Numbered from the stretch's first letter, positions 47,468 to 57,993 are shown. The stretch is 64,000 nucleotides of DNA from Escherichia coli (GCF_017348835.2 NZ_CP071375.1); one strand, 5' to 3'. Notes: generated from the sequence alone by a model not told the origin. Program-made: numbers and translations.

Positions 47468-49099
47468 GTGTTAACGCTGCTTCACCTGCTTTCTGCCGTC
47501 GCCCTGCTGGTCTGGGGGACTCATATTGTTCGAACCGGCGTAATGCGCGTCTTCGGCGCGCGTCTGCGTACTGTCCTTAGCCGGAGCGTCGAAAAAAAGC
47601 CGCTCGCCTTTTGCGCGGGGATCGGCGTTACCGCACTGGTACAGAGCAGTAATGCCACCACCATGCTGGTGACCTCGTTCGTCGCTCAGGATCTGGTAGC
47701 CCTCGCACCGGCTCTGGTGATTGTGCTGGGGGCAGATGTCGGGACGGCGCTAATGGCGCGTATTCTCACCTTCGACTTATCCTGGCTGTCACCGTTACTT
47801 ATTTTTATCGGCGTGATTTTTTTCCTCGGACGCAAACAGTCACGCGCCGGGCAACTGGGCCGCGTCGGTATTGGTCTTGGGCTGATTTTACTGGCGCTGG
47901 AGTTGATTGTGCAGGCCGTAACGCCGATCACCCAGGCAAACGGCGTTCAGGTGATCTTTGCCTCGCTGACCGGCGATATTCTGCTGGATGCGCTGATTGG
48001 CGCGATGTTCGCCATTATCAGCTACTCCAGCCTTGCTGCTGTACTGCTGACCGCGACTCTGACCGCCGCAGGCATTATCTCCTTCCCCGTGGCACTCTGT
48101 CTGGTGATTGGTGCTAACCTCGGTTCCGGCCTGCTGGCGATGCTCAACAACAGTGCCGCCAATGCCGCAGCCCGCCGTGTCGCGCTGGGTAGTCTGCTGT
48201 TTAAGCTGGTGGGTAGCCTGATTATCCTGCCGTTTGTCCATTTGCTGGCAGAGACAATGGGGAAGCTGTCATTGCCAAAAGCGGAACTGGTTATCTATTT
48301 CCACGTCTTCTACAACCTTGTACGTTGCCTGGTCATGCTGCCATTTGTTGACCCGATGGCACGGTTTTGCAAAACGATTATTCGCGATGAACCGGAACTG
48401 GATACCCAGCTACGGCCTAAACATCTGGATGTCAGCGCGCTGGATACACCCACGCTTGCTCTGGCGAACGCCGCGCGCGAAACCCTGCGCATTGGCGACG
48501 CCATGGAACAGATGATGGAAGGGCTGAATAAAGTGATGCACGGCGAGCCAAGGCAGGAGAAAGAGCTGCGTAAGCTGGCAGATGATATCAACGTTCTCTA
48601 TACCGCCATTAAGCTGTATCTGGCGCGGATGCCAAAAGAGGAACTGGCAGAAGAAGAGTCGCGCCGCTGGGCGGAGATCATCGAAATGTCGCTCAACCTT
48701 GAACAGGCCTCCGATATCGTCGAGCGCATGGGGAGCGAAATTGCCGACAAATCGCTGGCTGCAAGGCGAGCATTTTCGCTTGATGGCTTGAAGGAACTGG
48801 ATGCGCTCTATGAGCAATTGCTCAGTAATTTAAAGCTGGCAATGTCGGTGTTCTTCTCTGGTGATGTTACCAGCGCCCGTCGTTTGCGCCGCAGCAAGCA
48901 TCGCTTTCGCATTCTTAATCGCCGCTATTCCCACGCCCACGTCGATCGCCTGCATCAGCAAAACGTGCAGAGCATTGAAACCAGTTCGCTACATTTAGGC
49001 TTACTGGGAGATATGCAGCGTCTGAACTCGCTGTTTTGTTCGGTGGCTTACAGTGTGCTGGAACAGCCGGATGAAGATGAAGGACGGGACGAGTATTAA
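47468..49099 (+). CDS. yjbB: Na/Pi-cotransporter-family membrane protein
   Basis: 543-aa ORF; hydrophobic N-terminal half and soluble C-terminal region. Confidence 0.88.
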   Translation: MLTLLHLLSAVALLVWGTHIVRTGVMRVFGARLRTVLSRSVEKKPLAFCAGIGVTALVQSSNATTMLVTSFVAQDLVALAPALVIVLGADVGTALMARILTFDLSWLSPLLIFIGVIFFLGRKQSRAGQLGRVGIGLGLILLALELIVQAVTPITQANGVQVIFASLTGDILLDALIGAMFAIISYSSLAAVLLTATLTAAGIISFPVALCLVIGANLGSGLLAMLNNSAANAAARRVALGSLLFKLVGSLIILPFVHLLAETMGKLSLPKAELVIYFHVFYNLVRCLVMLPFVDPMARFCKTIIRDEPELDTQLRPKHLDVSALDTPTLALANAARETLRIGDAMEQMMEGLNKVMHGEPRQEKELRKLADDINVLYTAIKLYLARMPKEELAEEESRRWAEIIEMSLNLEQASDIVERMGSEIADKSLAARRAFSLDGLKELDALYEQLLSNLKLAMSVFFSGDVTSARRLRRSKHRFRILNRRYSHAHVDRLHQQNVQSIETSSLHLGLLGDMQRLNSLFCSVAYSVLEQPDEDEGRDEY

Positions 49100-49188
49100 T
49101 ACCGTGACCCTGTAGGCCTGATAAGACGCGTAAAGCGTCGCATCAGGCACTATGAACAAGATGCCGGATCATGCATCCGGCAATTCAC
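49100..49188. repeat. REP elements between yjbB and pepE
   Basis: GCCTGATAAGACGCGTAAAGCGTCGCATCAGGC and GCCGGATCATGCATCCGGCA palindromic units. Confidence 0.75.
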
Positions 49189-49878
49189 TTAAAAACGGTG
49201 ACCCGCTTCCAGCGGAACCGCTTCTTCACCGGCCTTAAACACATAGGTGGTGTTCGGGCCACCCAGCGTTGCGTGACCTTTACTCACTGTGATCCAGTTA
49301 CCTTCCGGTAGACCAATAATTGTGAGTTCTGGCGCGACGACCAGCAGTTCGCGAATACGCTGTTCACGGGTTTCACCTTTATGGCCTTCCGGCAGCGCGT
49401 TGGTGAAGTGCGGGTTGATTTGCAACGGGAACAGATTCAGCGCATCGAAACCTTGTGGATCGACAATCGGCATATCGTTGGTGGTACGAATGGTTGGGCA
49501 AGCAAGGTTAGCGCCAGCGCTCCAGCCAATATACAGCGCGCCACGTTTAACCACGTCAGTAATTGGTGCCAGCAGCCCGCGCTCGCGGCACTGTTTCAGC
49601 AACTGGAAAGTATTACCGCCGCCGACAATCACGATCTCAGCATTTTCAATCGCGGCAACGGGATCGACAACGCTATGAATACCGGTGACAGAAACACCCA
49701 GCGGAGCAAGAACCGCAGCCGTTTTCGCTGTGTAATCATCCCAGGTCTGCGTTACGCCAGCGAAAGGGATAAACACCGCTGAGCGGCGACCCTGCAACTG
49801 TTCAGCAATTAGCGGCAGTGCATGTTCCAGCCAGGCTTTACCCGGCAGCGTCGAGTTACTCAATAAAAGCAGTTCCAT
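49189..49878 (-). CDS. pepE: Dipeptidase E (alpha-aspartyl dipeptidase)
   Basis: 229-aa [31 protein letters not shown]... Confidence 0.93.
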
Positions 49879-49959
49879 TACTTCTCCGGTTAGTAAGAAA
49901 TCACGGAAGGAATGCTACCACTGCGAATTTAACCACTTACTGACATGGCTCACGATGTC

Positions 49960-50110
49960 ACGTATTGCACAGGCGCTGAGACTGATGACAAACACAGCAT
50001 TGCCTGATGCGCTACGCTTACCTGACCTACCAGATAACTGCAATATATTGAATTTTCAAAATTATGTAGACCGAATAAGGCTTCATTCCGCATCCGGCAT
50101 AAACAATGTG
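49960..50110. repeat. REP-like elements downstream of pepE
   Basis: GCCTGATGCGCTACGCTTACCTGACCTAC and CATTCCGCATCCGGCATAAACAATGTGCAC units. Confidence 0.65.
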
Positions 50111-50258
50111 CACTTTGCCACCAATTTGAGCGCCCCTTAAGGCGCTGATATTTTTTATGCTTCTCGTGCAAATTGTGCTGCTTCAGCAATCAGCAGCTCA
50201 TCCGGTCGCGAAGTTGCTGGTGCGACCAGCCAGCGACATGCAGAGTTGAGTAACGCGA

Positions 50259-51488
50259 TTAATCATGGGAAATTGCCTCTGCATGAGTGAGCAGATATTG
50301 CTCCGCCTCACCGGACCAGATCCCCTGATGACGCGCCAGAATCGCCGCCAGTGCTTGATCCTGAATCTGCGTGAGTGACGTCAGCGGCAGGTATTTCTCG
50401 GTATACACCAGCTTTTTGCCGCCGCCGACGGCAGGCAATTCAAGCGTGGTTTCGCCCGCGGCATTCAGCCCAAGAATATGTGTTACCACTTTTGCGGCCT
50501 GCACTTTTTTCTCTTCGATCAGTTTGACCGCCGCGCGCATGTCGTCGGTATTGCCGCCTGACGTGCCCACGTAGTGGGTAAATGCATAATGCACATCGTA
50601 GAAATTAATTGGCGCGCTGAAATGTTTATCCTGCGGTCCGGCGAAGAAATTCAGGCAACCATCTGTCGCCAGCAAGGAAGAGGCGAGAGTCACCAGTCCT
50701 TCATTAGGCACAAAGACGAAAATATCATCGAAGCCGTGACCGCCACTCAGCGCCATTAGCGTATCAAATGCTGCATCGGTGGCATTGAGATAATGAATCA
50801 GTGTTTGCGGTTCTGATGGATAGTGCTTGCGCGCATAACTCAATTTATCGTTGTCGGTATCGGTAATGACGAGCAGCGACGGGTTAACGGGTCCATGTAG
50901 CGCATAATCAATCGCCAACAGTCCCATTGGTCCGGTGCCGCCGAGGATCAGCGTGCGCCCTTGCGGGCGAATCCCCATCGTGTGGTTATAACTACCTTCC
51001 TGAAGATGATAGTTGGCGTTGAACGCGCCAATCACGCAGGAAAGTGGTTCAACCAGCGAGCCTTCAAAATAGGTTTCGCCGTCGTATGCCAGCAGGCAAT
51101 CTTGTTCCATGACCTCGTTGGGAATAACCACATGCGTGGCTTCGCCGCCCACCCACGGGAAGGAGTAGCCGGGGCAGTCCGGGCGATCCGGCAATTGCAG
51201 GTTGGCCTGAATCACATAACGCTGACCCGGCTGGAATTTGTGCTGCCACTTTTTACCCACGGCCAGAATATCGCCGCAAAACTCGTGGCCGATGATGATT
51301 GGGTTGGTCGCCACATCGTCGGGTACTTTTTTATGGTTTTCACCCAGGTTGGCCTCTTTCCAGGAAGAGAGGCACAGGCTGTCAGTGACCACCGTCGCGA
51401 GGATTTCATCCTCCTGCATTTCAGGAAGGTCAAAGGTTTCCAGGCGTAAATCACGTTTACCATAAAGACGCAGAGCTGTTGTTTTCAT
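50259..51488 (-). CDS. sorE: Zinc-dependent dehydrogenase, sorbose-1-phosphate reductase-like
   Basis: Start taken at MKTTALRLYG with GAGGTG RBS (409 aa); GHEFCG zinc motif; last gene of a sor-type operon. Confidence 0.7.
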   Translation of the reverse strand: MKTTALRLYGKRDLRLETFDLPEMQEDEILATVVTDSLCLSSWKEANLGENHKKVPDDVATNPIIIGHEFCGDILAVGKKWQHKFQPGQRYVIQANLQLPDRPDCPGYSFPWVGGEATHVVIPNEVMEQDCLLAYDGETYFEGSLVEPLSCVIGAFNANYHLQEGSYNHTMGIRPQGRTLILGGTGPMGLLAIDYALHGPVNPSLLVITDTDNDKLSYARKHYPSEPQTLIHYLNATDAAFDTLMALSGGHGFDDIFVFVPNEGLVTLASSLLATDGCLNFFAGPQDKHFSAPINFYDVHYAFTHYVGTSGGNTDDMRAAVKLIEEKKVQAAKVVTHILGLNAAGETTLELPAVGGGKKLVYTEKYLPLTSLTQIQDQALAAILARHQGIWSGEAEQYLLTHAEAISHD

Positions 51489-51539
51489 AAACCACCTCAT
51501 GTTGAGCGATGGCCCCGGCAGTCGTGCCGGGGCGAAGAA

Positions 51540-52394
51540 TCAGGACAGGAAGCCCAGCGCATTGCCGATAATCCCTAAGCCAAACAGGGCGAAAATCAGC
51601 CATACCGGGTTAATTTTTTTGTTGAGCAGACGAACCATTAGTAGCGTCAGACCGAGCGCCAGCAAACCAGGGCAAAGTTGGTCGAGAATGTTCTGCACGG
51701 TCATGATGACGGTGGAGCCATCGGCGGCATGCGTTTGTGAAACCACCAACGGTACGTTGATTGACGTCCATTTGGTGACCAGCACGCCCATCACAAACAG
51801 TCCGAGAATCGACGCGCCTTCGGTGAGTTTTTGCAGCAAATTACCGCCCATATCGCTGACGATATTCACCCCTTTGCGAAAGCCGAGCTGGAGGCCATAC
51901 CACTTCATCGCCAGACGCACCGCGTTGAAAATAAAGAAGAACAGCAGCGGGCCGAGAATGTTGCCCGAAAGTGCCAGAGATGCGCCGAGCGCGGCGGTAA
52001 TCGGGCGCAGCGTTCCCCAGACCAGTGGATCGCCAACCCCTGCCAATGGTCCCATCAGACCGACTTTGATGCCGTTAATGGTGCCGTCATCAATTTCCGC
52101 GCCGTTGGCCCGCGCCTCTTCCATGGCGGCAGTGACGCCGATGACCGGGCCACATACGGCTGGCGTGGTATTGAAGAACACCAGGTGTCGCCTGAGCGCC
52201 GCAACCTGATCCTCTTTTAATGGGTAAAGTCGCTTGATGGCGGGGATCATGTCGTAGCAAAAGCCCAGCCCGTGAATACGTTCAAAGTTAAAGGACGCCT
52301 GTTGCAGGTTGGAGCGCAGAAACATGCTCACCAGATCGCTGCGTGTAATTTTTCTCTGTTCCATGATGGCTCCGTTAATCGTCAAGTTGGTCAA
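51540..52394 (-). CDS. sorM: PTS mannose/sorbose-family EIID component
   Basis: 284-aa hydrophobic ORF; start may be the internal MEQRK at 52364. Confidence 0.8.
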   Translation of the reverse strand: MTNLTINGAIMEQRKITRSDLVSMFLRSNLQQASFNFERIHGLGFCYDMIPAIKRLYPLKEDQVAALRRHLVFFNTTPAVCGPVIGVTAAMEEARANGAEIDDGTINGIKVGLMGPLAGVGDPLVWGTLRPITAALGASLALSGNILGPLLFFFIFNAVRLAMKWYGLQLGFRKGVNIVSDMGGNLLQKLTEGASILGLFVMGVLVTKWTSINVPLVVSQTHAADGSTVIMTVQNILDQLCPGLLALGLTLLMVRLLNKKINPVWLIFALFGLGIIGNALGFLS

Positions 52395-53172
52395 GGGCGG
52401 TGGAAGCGGGGGCCTGGAGCTGAGGTTCAGCTTTACGCCACTGTGGATTTAACTGGATGTAGACCAGGGCCATGATCACGCCGACGCCACCGAACGCCAG
52501 CAGACTGAGATCGAGGTAGCCACCTGCGAGGAAACCGAGGAAAAAGAAAGGCATCAAATATTTCACGCCCATCATACGTAGCACCATGGCGTAACCGACC
52601 ACCACGATAAAACCGCCAGCAATCTGTAGTCCTCGGGTCACAAATTCGGGAATGGCGTTTAACATATTGCTCACCATATCGGCGCTGACGAACAGCGAGA
52701 CAATCAGTGCCGGAACAGCAACGCGCAGCGCCTGCACGCCAAGCGCGGAGACATGCAGAATATCGAGAGTGCGAAACCGTGCTTCTTCCGCTGCTTTATC
52801 CGCCGCGTGCTGGAACACTACGGTGATGGTACGTGCAAACACCGTCAGCACCTGGCCTGCCGCAGCCACAGGCAACGCGATGGCGATTCCGGTGGCGATG
52901 CTTTGCTGACCAACGATAACCAGAATGGCGGAGATTATGCTGGCGAGTGCAGAATCCGGAGATTGCGCCGCGCCGACGTTCATCCAGCCGAGAGCTATCA
53001 ATTCCAGCGTACCACCGAGTATTATTCCGGTTTTTAAATCACCGAGAATTAAACCAATCACCGTACAGGCAATTAACGGGCGATGAGTCTGGAATTCATC
53101 CAGCACGCTGCCCATTCCGGCAATACAGGAAAAAAGAAATATAGCAATAATTTGTAGGGTACTTATTTCCAT
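52375..53172 (-). CDS. sorA: PTS mannose/sorbose-family EIIC component
   Basis: 265-aa integral membrane ORF MEISTLQIIAIFLFSCIAGMGSVLDEF... Confidence 0.8.
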   Translation of the reverse strand: MEISTLQIIAIFLFSCIAGMGSVLDEFQTHRPLIACTVIGLILGDLKTGIILGGTLELIALGWMNVGAAQSPDSALASIISAILVIVGQQSIATGIAIALPVAAAGQVLTVFARTITVVFQHAADKAAEEARFRTLDILHVSALGVQALRVAVPALIVSLFVSADMVSNMLNAIPEFVTRGLQIAGGFIVVVGYAMVLRMMGVKYLMPFFFLGFLAGGYLDLSLLAFGGVGVIMALVYIQLNPQWRKAEPQLQAPASTALDQLDD

Positions 53173-53237
53173 GATTTGTCACCTTTTAAGTGTCGTCATC
53201 CCTGCCTGTTAAAGCATATGTACACAGGCGCTATTAT

Positions 53238-53732
53238 TTAATTTGCGATTAACTGTTCGTTTATTTTGTCGATAATATTGATTGAGGGATCTGACGCTAC
53301 GACGCGTAAATCCAGTATGACGCCAAGATTATTTAACTCATGAAATGCGTTAATATCATCATCATCTAATGAAACCGCTTTGGTTAACTGTTTTTTACCG
53401 GGCCGCCAGGCCATGCCGCCAATATTCAGGGTGCCTATTTTTACCCCCTGGCGAACCATCGCTAAGGCATCCTGTGGGCGAGTGAAAAGATAAAAAACGG
53501 TTTCGTCCTGATATTGCGGGTTGTGATAAACCGCGACGGCTTTTTCAATATTGACCACGTTAACCTTCATTCCCGGTGGCGCAGCCTGACGCAATAATGT
53601 CCGGCGAACTTCATCGTTATAAACTTCGTCATTGCAGATAATAATGCGCTGGGCGTTAGCCACTTTCGACCAGACGGTAGTGACCTGACCGTGGATCAGG
53701 CGGTCATCAATGCGGGCGAGCGTAATGTTCAT
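53238..53732 (-). CDS. sorB: PTS mannose/sorbose-family EIIB component
   Basis: 164-aa ORF with the IIB-Man signature ARIDDRLIHGQV (phospho-His). Confidence 0.85.
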   Translation of the reverse strand: MNITLARIDDRLIHGQVTTVWSKVANAQRIIICNDEVYNDEVRRTLLRQAAPPGMKVNVVNIEKAVAVYHNPQYQDETVFYLFTRPQDALAMVRQGVKIGTLNIGGMAWRPGKKQLTKAVSLDDDDINAFHELNNLGVILDLRVVASDPSINIIDKINEQLIAN

Positions 53733-54139
53733 CAGAAATCCTCCTCTGCCGTTGCCACCTGTCTCCAGACGACGCAGGATTGCTTTGCGATTTGCGTCAG
53801 GTGTTCACACAGTTCATCAACATTCATGCTGTCCTGGTTATCAACCAGTTCGAGCGCCAGCGGCAGAGAAAGGCCGCTGATTACCCGCAAACGAGGATTG
53901 CGCATCGCAAGCATCGCTGCCGCATTCCACGGGCTGCCGCACTGTAAATCCACGGCAATCAGCCACTCATCTTGATTGTGAATGCTTACTAACTTTTCCA
54001 GCTTTACCACAATGTCTCCGGCGTTTTCACCGGGCACAAATTCAACGGCTTCAACATTGGCGTTGCCGTAAACCATCTGAACCGATTCCAGCATGGCGCA
54101 AGCTAATTTGCCGTGGGCACAAAAAATGGCGTTGACCAT
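53732..54139 (-). CDS. sorF: PTS mannose/sorbose-family EIIA component
   Basis: 135-aa ORF MVNAIFCAHGKLA... (IIA-Man N-terminal His); 1-nt overlap with sorB. Confidence 0.8.
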   Translation of the reverse strand: MVNAIFCAHGKLACAMLESVQMVYGNANVEAVEFVPGENAGDIVVKLEKLVSIHNQDEWLIAVDLQCGSPWNAAAMLAMRNPRLRVISGLSLPLALELVDNQDSMNVDELCEHLTQIAKQSCVVWRQVATAEEDF

Positions 54140-54148
54140 AAAGCCTCC

Positions 54149-54955
54149 TTATCCGCGCGTTTTGCCGCCCGCAATGTTAGTGGTTACTCCGGTGATGTAG
54201 CTGGCGCGTTCAGACAACAGATAACAAACAAAATCAGCGACTTCTGCTAATCTACCGGCGCGCCCAATAGGAATGGCGTTTTTGGTATAGCCTTCACGCA
54301 GCTGCTCGACGGTGATATTGCGCGTCCACGCCAGCGCTTCTTCATATTCCGGCGTGCGCAGTCCTGTTTTTTCCAGAATCCCCGGCGCGATACCGACCAC
54401 ACGGATACCGTGTTTACCCAATTCTTTCGACCAGGAGCGCGTGAAGCTATTGAGCGCGGCTTTGGTAGCGGCGTAACAGCTTTGTCCTTCTGAGCCTTCC
54501 AGCCCACTTTCTGAGGAAACATTCACAATCACGCCATCATGTTGTTTGACCATCTGTCGCGCCACCGCCTGCGACATCAGAAAAACACCTTTCTGGTTGA
54601 TATTGACCATTTTTTCGAATGCAGCTTCGTTGAGTTCATACTGCCCGGCAGGCGCTTTCTCATCGACCAGCAGACGCGGGAAATTGACCCCGGCGTTATT
54701 GACCAGACCGTCGATGCGACCAAAACGCTGGATAATTTCCGCTACCGTATGATTTACCTCTTTGGCGCTGGAAATATCGGTCGGCCAAAACTGATAGCCT
54801 TTATGACCTTCATATTGTCCATCGCCACCGTGAATATCGACCATCTGTACATTCGCGCCTTGTGCTAATAATTCCTCTACAATCGCCAGACCAATACCGG
54901 ATGCGCCGCCGGTGACGATAATGATTTTATCCTGCAAATTTAACCACGTTTGCAT
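54149..54955 (-). CDS. sorD: SDR dehydrogenase, sorbitol-6-phosphate dehydrogenase-like
   Basis: 268-aa ORF with TGGASGIG and YAATK motifs. Confidence 0.78.
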   Translation of the reverse strand: MQTWLNLQDKIIIVTGGASGIGLAIVEELLAQGANVQMVDIHGGDGQYEGHKGYQFWPTDISSAKEVNHTVAEIIQRFGRIDGLVNNAGVNFPRLLVDEKAPAGQYELNEAAFEKMVNINQKGVFLMSQAVARQMVKQHDGVIVNVSSESGLEGSEGQSCYAATKAALNSFTRSWSKELGKHGIRVVGIAPGILEKTGLRTPEYEEALAWTRNITVEQLREGYTKNAIPIGRAGRLAEVADFVCYLLSERASYITGVTTNIAGGKTRG

Positions 54956-55024
54956 AACAGACTCCTGATTTTAGATAATAGGGACCCGCCGTAATTTTTA
55001 TTACGATAAACATCGGGAAGATTT

Positions 55025-55972
55025 TTATTTCAGTAATAGTTCAGCTGTGCTGCTATTCGTTACCAGACAATTAATATATTTTCCACGCAGTGCACCAATA
55101 ATTCCGCTGTATTTTTCTTCACTCATGGCAATGCCAATGGAATATCGTGCCTGCTTTAATTTATTCATTTCGATAGAGAGTGTTTTTTCGCTCATATTCG
55201 TTTCAACCATTGCGCCGTGAATATCAAAAAAGCGCGAGCAAATATCGCCAGCAACCTGGCGGGCATTCAGGTCGTCACTCTCTTCACCACCATAAAACGC
55301 ATGCCAGTTAGCGCCGTCGCGAATGGCCGGTGAGCCAATTCCCACCAGGGCGACATCCAGATTATCCCAGTAGGCAGAGATGGTTTTAAAGTGCTGAGAC
55401 TGCATGATCCCATTACGAATTAAGGGGTTATCCAGCAGAGCCGGAAAATCCGCGAGATGCGATTCCCCTTTCAGCTTCGCTGCCGCGCTGTAGGTTAATG
55501 TGTTTACGTGATAGCGGCTTTCGAGTTTACCGGACGGTCCGCCAATAATTGGCACGCAGATTAACTGCCGCGATTGCCCCGCTTGCGGCAAGTTTTCAAC
55601 CAGTGCGCTCACCGCGCGACCCCAGGAAAAACCGACAATATCGCCAGGCTCCAGCAAGCGATCCAGCAGTTGCGCGCCGTGTAACCCCATCATCGCCAGT
55701 TGAGTCTCTTCATCCTCATCATTTCCCGACACCACCACAACGTCTTTCAGGCCAAACTTTTGCTTCAGTTGCTGCTCGAGCCAGAGATTTTCGTTGTAGT
55801 CATAGTTGATGGCGATGGTGACAATTCCCTGATCGCGGCCTCGTTTAAGCAAGCGGCTGATGGTGGTGCGGTAAATACCCAGTTCGCGCGCGATTTGCGC
55901 CTGCGTCATATCCTGTTCGTAATAGAGTTGGGCAATCTTCACAATCAAACGGATATCGTCACTGTTTTCCAT
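55025..55972 (-). CDS. sorC: SorC-family transcriptional regulator
   Basis: Start taken at MENSDDIRL with AGGAGG RBS (315 aa); N-terminal HTH (MTQAQIARELGIYRTTISRLL) plus sugar-binding domain. Confidence 0.8.
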   Translation of the reverse strand: MENSDDIRLIVKIAQLYYEQDMTQAQIARELGIYRTTISRLLKRGRDQGIVTIAINYDYNENLWLEQQLKQKFGLKDVVVVSGNDEDEETQLAMMGLHGAQLLDRLLEPGDIVGFSWGRAVSALVENLPQAGQSRQLICVPIIGGPSGKLESRYHVNTLTYSAAAKLKGESHLADFPALLDNPLIRNGIMQSQHFKTISAYWDNLDVALVGIGSPAIRDGANWHAFYGGEESDDLNARQVAGDICSRFFDIHGAMVETNMSEKTLSIEMNKLKQARYSIGIAMSEEKYSGIIGALRGKYINCLVTNSSTAELLLK

Positions 55973-56319
55973 TGCCGCCTCCTGGTTCTGCACATTTGTG
56001 CAAATACGCTTTCTCACCGCTTGATCTGATATAACCCCATCATGATGGCCTTTCAAAGCGATTTTTCACTCTTTGCATGGGGAGAAATAGCGCTTTCTCT
56101 TGCACATTTGTTTCTCTGCGCAGTAGTCATCAGCACAGGTGTGCAGCGATTCGTAATATGTTGATTATCCTTATTTTGCCAGGCAAATTTGCATTGTACT
56201 TCCGGAGACACTTTTGTGATAAAAGGCGTGGCAGATCACATTTAATTTCGACGTTGCCGCATAACTCTGTTTTTCCCTGCTAAGAGGTACGGTATATTCC
56301 GCGTTTTACAGGAGAATTT

Positions 56320-57192
56320 ATGCTGCCCGACTCATCAGTCCGTTTAAATAAATACATCAGCGAAAGCGGAATTTGCTCACGCCGCGAAGCGGATCGCTAT
56401 ATCGAGCAAGGCAATGTGTTCCTTAATGGCAAGCGAGCCACCATTGGCGATCAGGTGAAACCCGGCGACGTTGTGAAAGTAAACGGTCAGTTGATTGAGC
56501 CTCGGGAAGCCGAAGATTTGGTACTTATCGCCTTGAACAAGCCCGTCGGTATTGTCAGCACCACCGAAGATGGCGAGCGCGATAACATTGTCGATTTCGT
56601 TAACCACAGCAAACGCGTGTTCCCGATTGGTCGTCTGGATAAAGATTCCCAGGGGCTGATTTTCCTCACCAACCACGGTGATCTGGTGAATAAGATCCTG
56701 CGTGCTGGCAATGATCATGAAAAAGAGTATTTGGTAACGGTCGATAAACCGATTACCGATGAATTTATTCGTGGTATGGGGGCGGGAGTGCCGATCCTCG
56801 GGACGGTGACGAAAAAGTGCAAAGTCAAAAAAGAAGCACCGTTTGTCTTCCGCATTACCCTGGTGCAGGGGTTGAACCGTCAGATCCGTCGCATGTGCGA
56901 GCACTTTGGTTACGAAGTGAAAAAGCTGGAACGTACGCGCATTATGAACGTCAGCTTAAGCGGCATTCCGCTGGGTGAGTGGCGCGATTTAACTGACGAT
57001 GAGTTAATCGACCTCTTTAAGCTCATCGAAAATTCCTCTTCCGAGGCAAAACCTAAAGCGAAGGCCAAACCGAAAACAGCGGGCATCAAACGTCCAGTCG
57101 TTAAGATGGAAAAAACGGCGGAAAAAGGCGGTCGCCCGGCGTCCAACGGTAAGCGTTTTACCTCGCCGGGGCGAAAAAAGAAGGGGCGCTAA
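56320..57192 (+). CDS. rluF: 23S rRNA pseudouridine synthase F
   Basis: 290-aa ORF with S4 domain and RsuA-type catalytic core; Lys/Ala-rich tail. Confidence 0.93.
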   Translation: MLPDSSVRLNKYISESGICSRREADRYIEQGNVFLNGKRATIGDQVKPGDVVKVNGQLIEPREAEDLVLIALNKPVGIVSTTEDGERDNIVDFVNHSKRVFPIGRLDKDSQGLIFLTNHGDLVNKILRAGNDHEKEYLVTVDKPITDEFIRGMGAGVPILGTVTKKCKVKKEAPFVFRITLVQGLNRQIRRMCEHFGYEVKKLERTRIMNVSLSGIPLGEWRDLTDDELIDLFKLIENSSSEAKPKAKAKPKTAGIKRPVVKMEKTAEKGGRPASNGKRFTSPGRKKKGR

Positions 57193-57465
57193 TCAGCGCC
57201 TGCCGCGCGTCGACGTATTTGCTGACCAGCTAAATGACGCTTCAGGATCCGGTTTATAAGCCTGCTTTTTCTTTAACTGGCGGGCTTTTTTCGCTTCAGC
57301 CTCACGCTCGACCATTAATTTATCGATGTACTCTTTCTTAATGCTGTTGGTTTCGGAGTTGGTCAGTACGCGACCATGCGCAATCCGCGCCCGATCCAGC
57401 AGTGTTTTAAGTTCACGTTGCTCGCGTTCAGTCATCTCTTTTTGAGTAATACGGGGGAGTGCCAT
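57193..57465 (-). CDS. yjbD: DUF3811-family small protein
   Basis: 90-aa ORF; its stop codon abuts the rluF stop codon. Confidence 0.85.
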   Translation of the reverse strand: MALPRITQKEMTEREQRELKTLLDRARIAHGRVLTNSETNSIKKEYIDKLMVEREAEAKKARQLKKKQAYKPDPEASFSWSANTSTRGRR

Positions 57466-57678
57466 GATGGTGCCCTCAGTGAGCCAGAGAGTTCAGTGTA
57501 CGGGAATTCGTTTGCGAGCAGAACTGATAATATTCCTTTGTTCTCTTCTTAAATATTTATCTTTCTTGATAATTGACGATAAATACAGATACAAATTTAG
57601 CGAAAAAATCTCCCCCTACAAACAACAATGATTTATTAAATCTTTATTTTTCATGTAATTAAAATTTTTTATCACTTC

Positions 57679-57694
57679 TGGCACGCTTCTCGCA
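57679..57694 (+). promoter_or_regulatory. Candidate sigma-54-type promoter ~300 nt upstream of the SPFH gene
   Basis: TGGCACGCTTCTCGCA with GG-N10-GC spacing; motif match only. Confidence 0.3.
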
Positions 57695-57993
57695 ATAACA
57701 CTTTTGCGTTGATACTGAATTACAAAGGGGGTTAAACCCCGTCGGCACACCAGGAACGGCCAGGCTGTTTTCCGGGCGTGTTCCGTCAGCCTTTGACGCC
57801 AATTACGGGTTCGATTCCCACATTCATTCCTGAAATGAATACTGGTTGTAACTTATTAAATAAAAAATGAGGGATTGCGCAGTCTGCGGTCCCCGATAAC
57901 GTCACCGATAAAGATGCCGGGTAACAGGCAAAAGGGAATTCCCCTGTCGCTTCGTGTCTGCTTCCGCGACGGCTATTAAGCAAGGAATAGATA

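Noticed and set aside
57812-57835. tRNA T-arm-like motif (ACGGGTTCGATTCCCAC) in the leader upstream of the SPFH gene, considered as a possible tRNA 3' remnant marking an integration site
   Set aside because: Flanking stem bases are not complementary (ACGGG versus CCCAC), there is no acceptor stem or CCA context, and no matching tRNA gene or direct repeat is seen at the other island border.
57786-57983. 65-aa minus-strand ORF in the leader upstream of the SPFH gene
   Set aside because: No RBS, no recognisable domain, and it overlaps the likely 5' UTR; treated as spurious.
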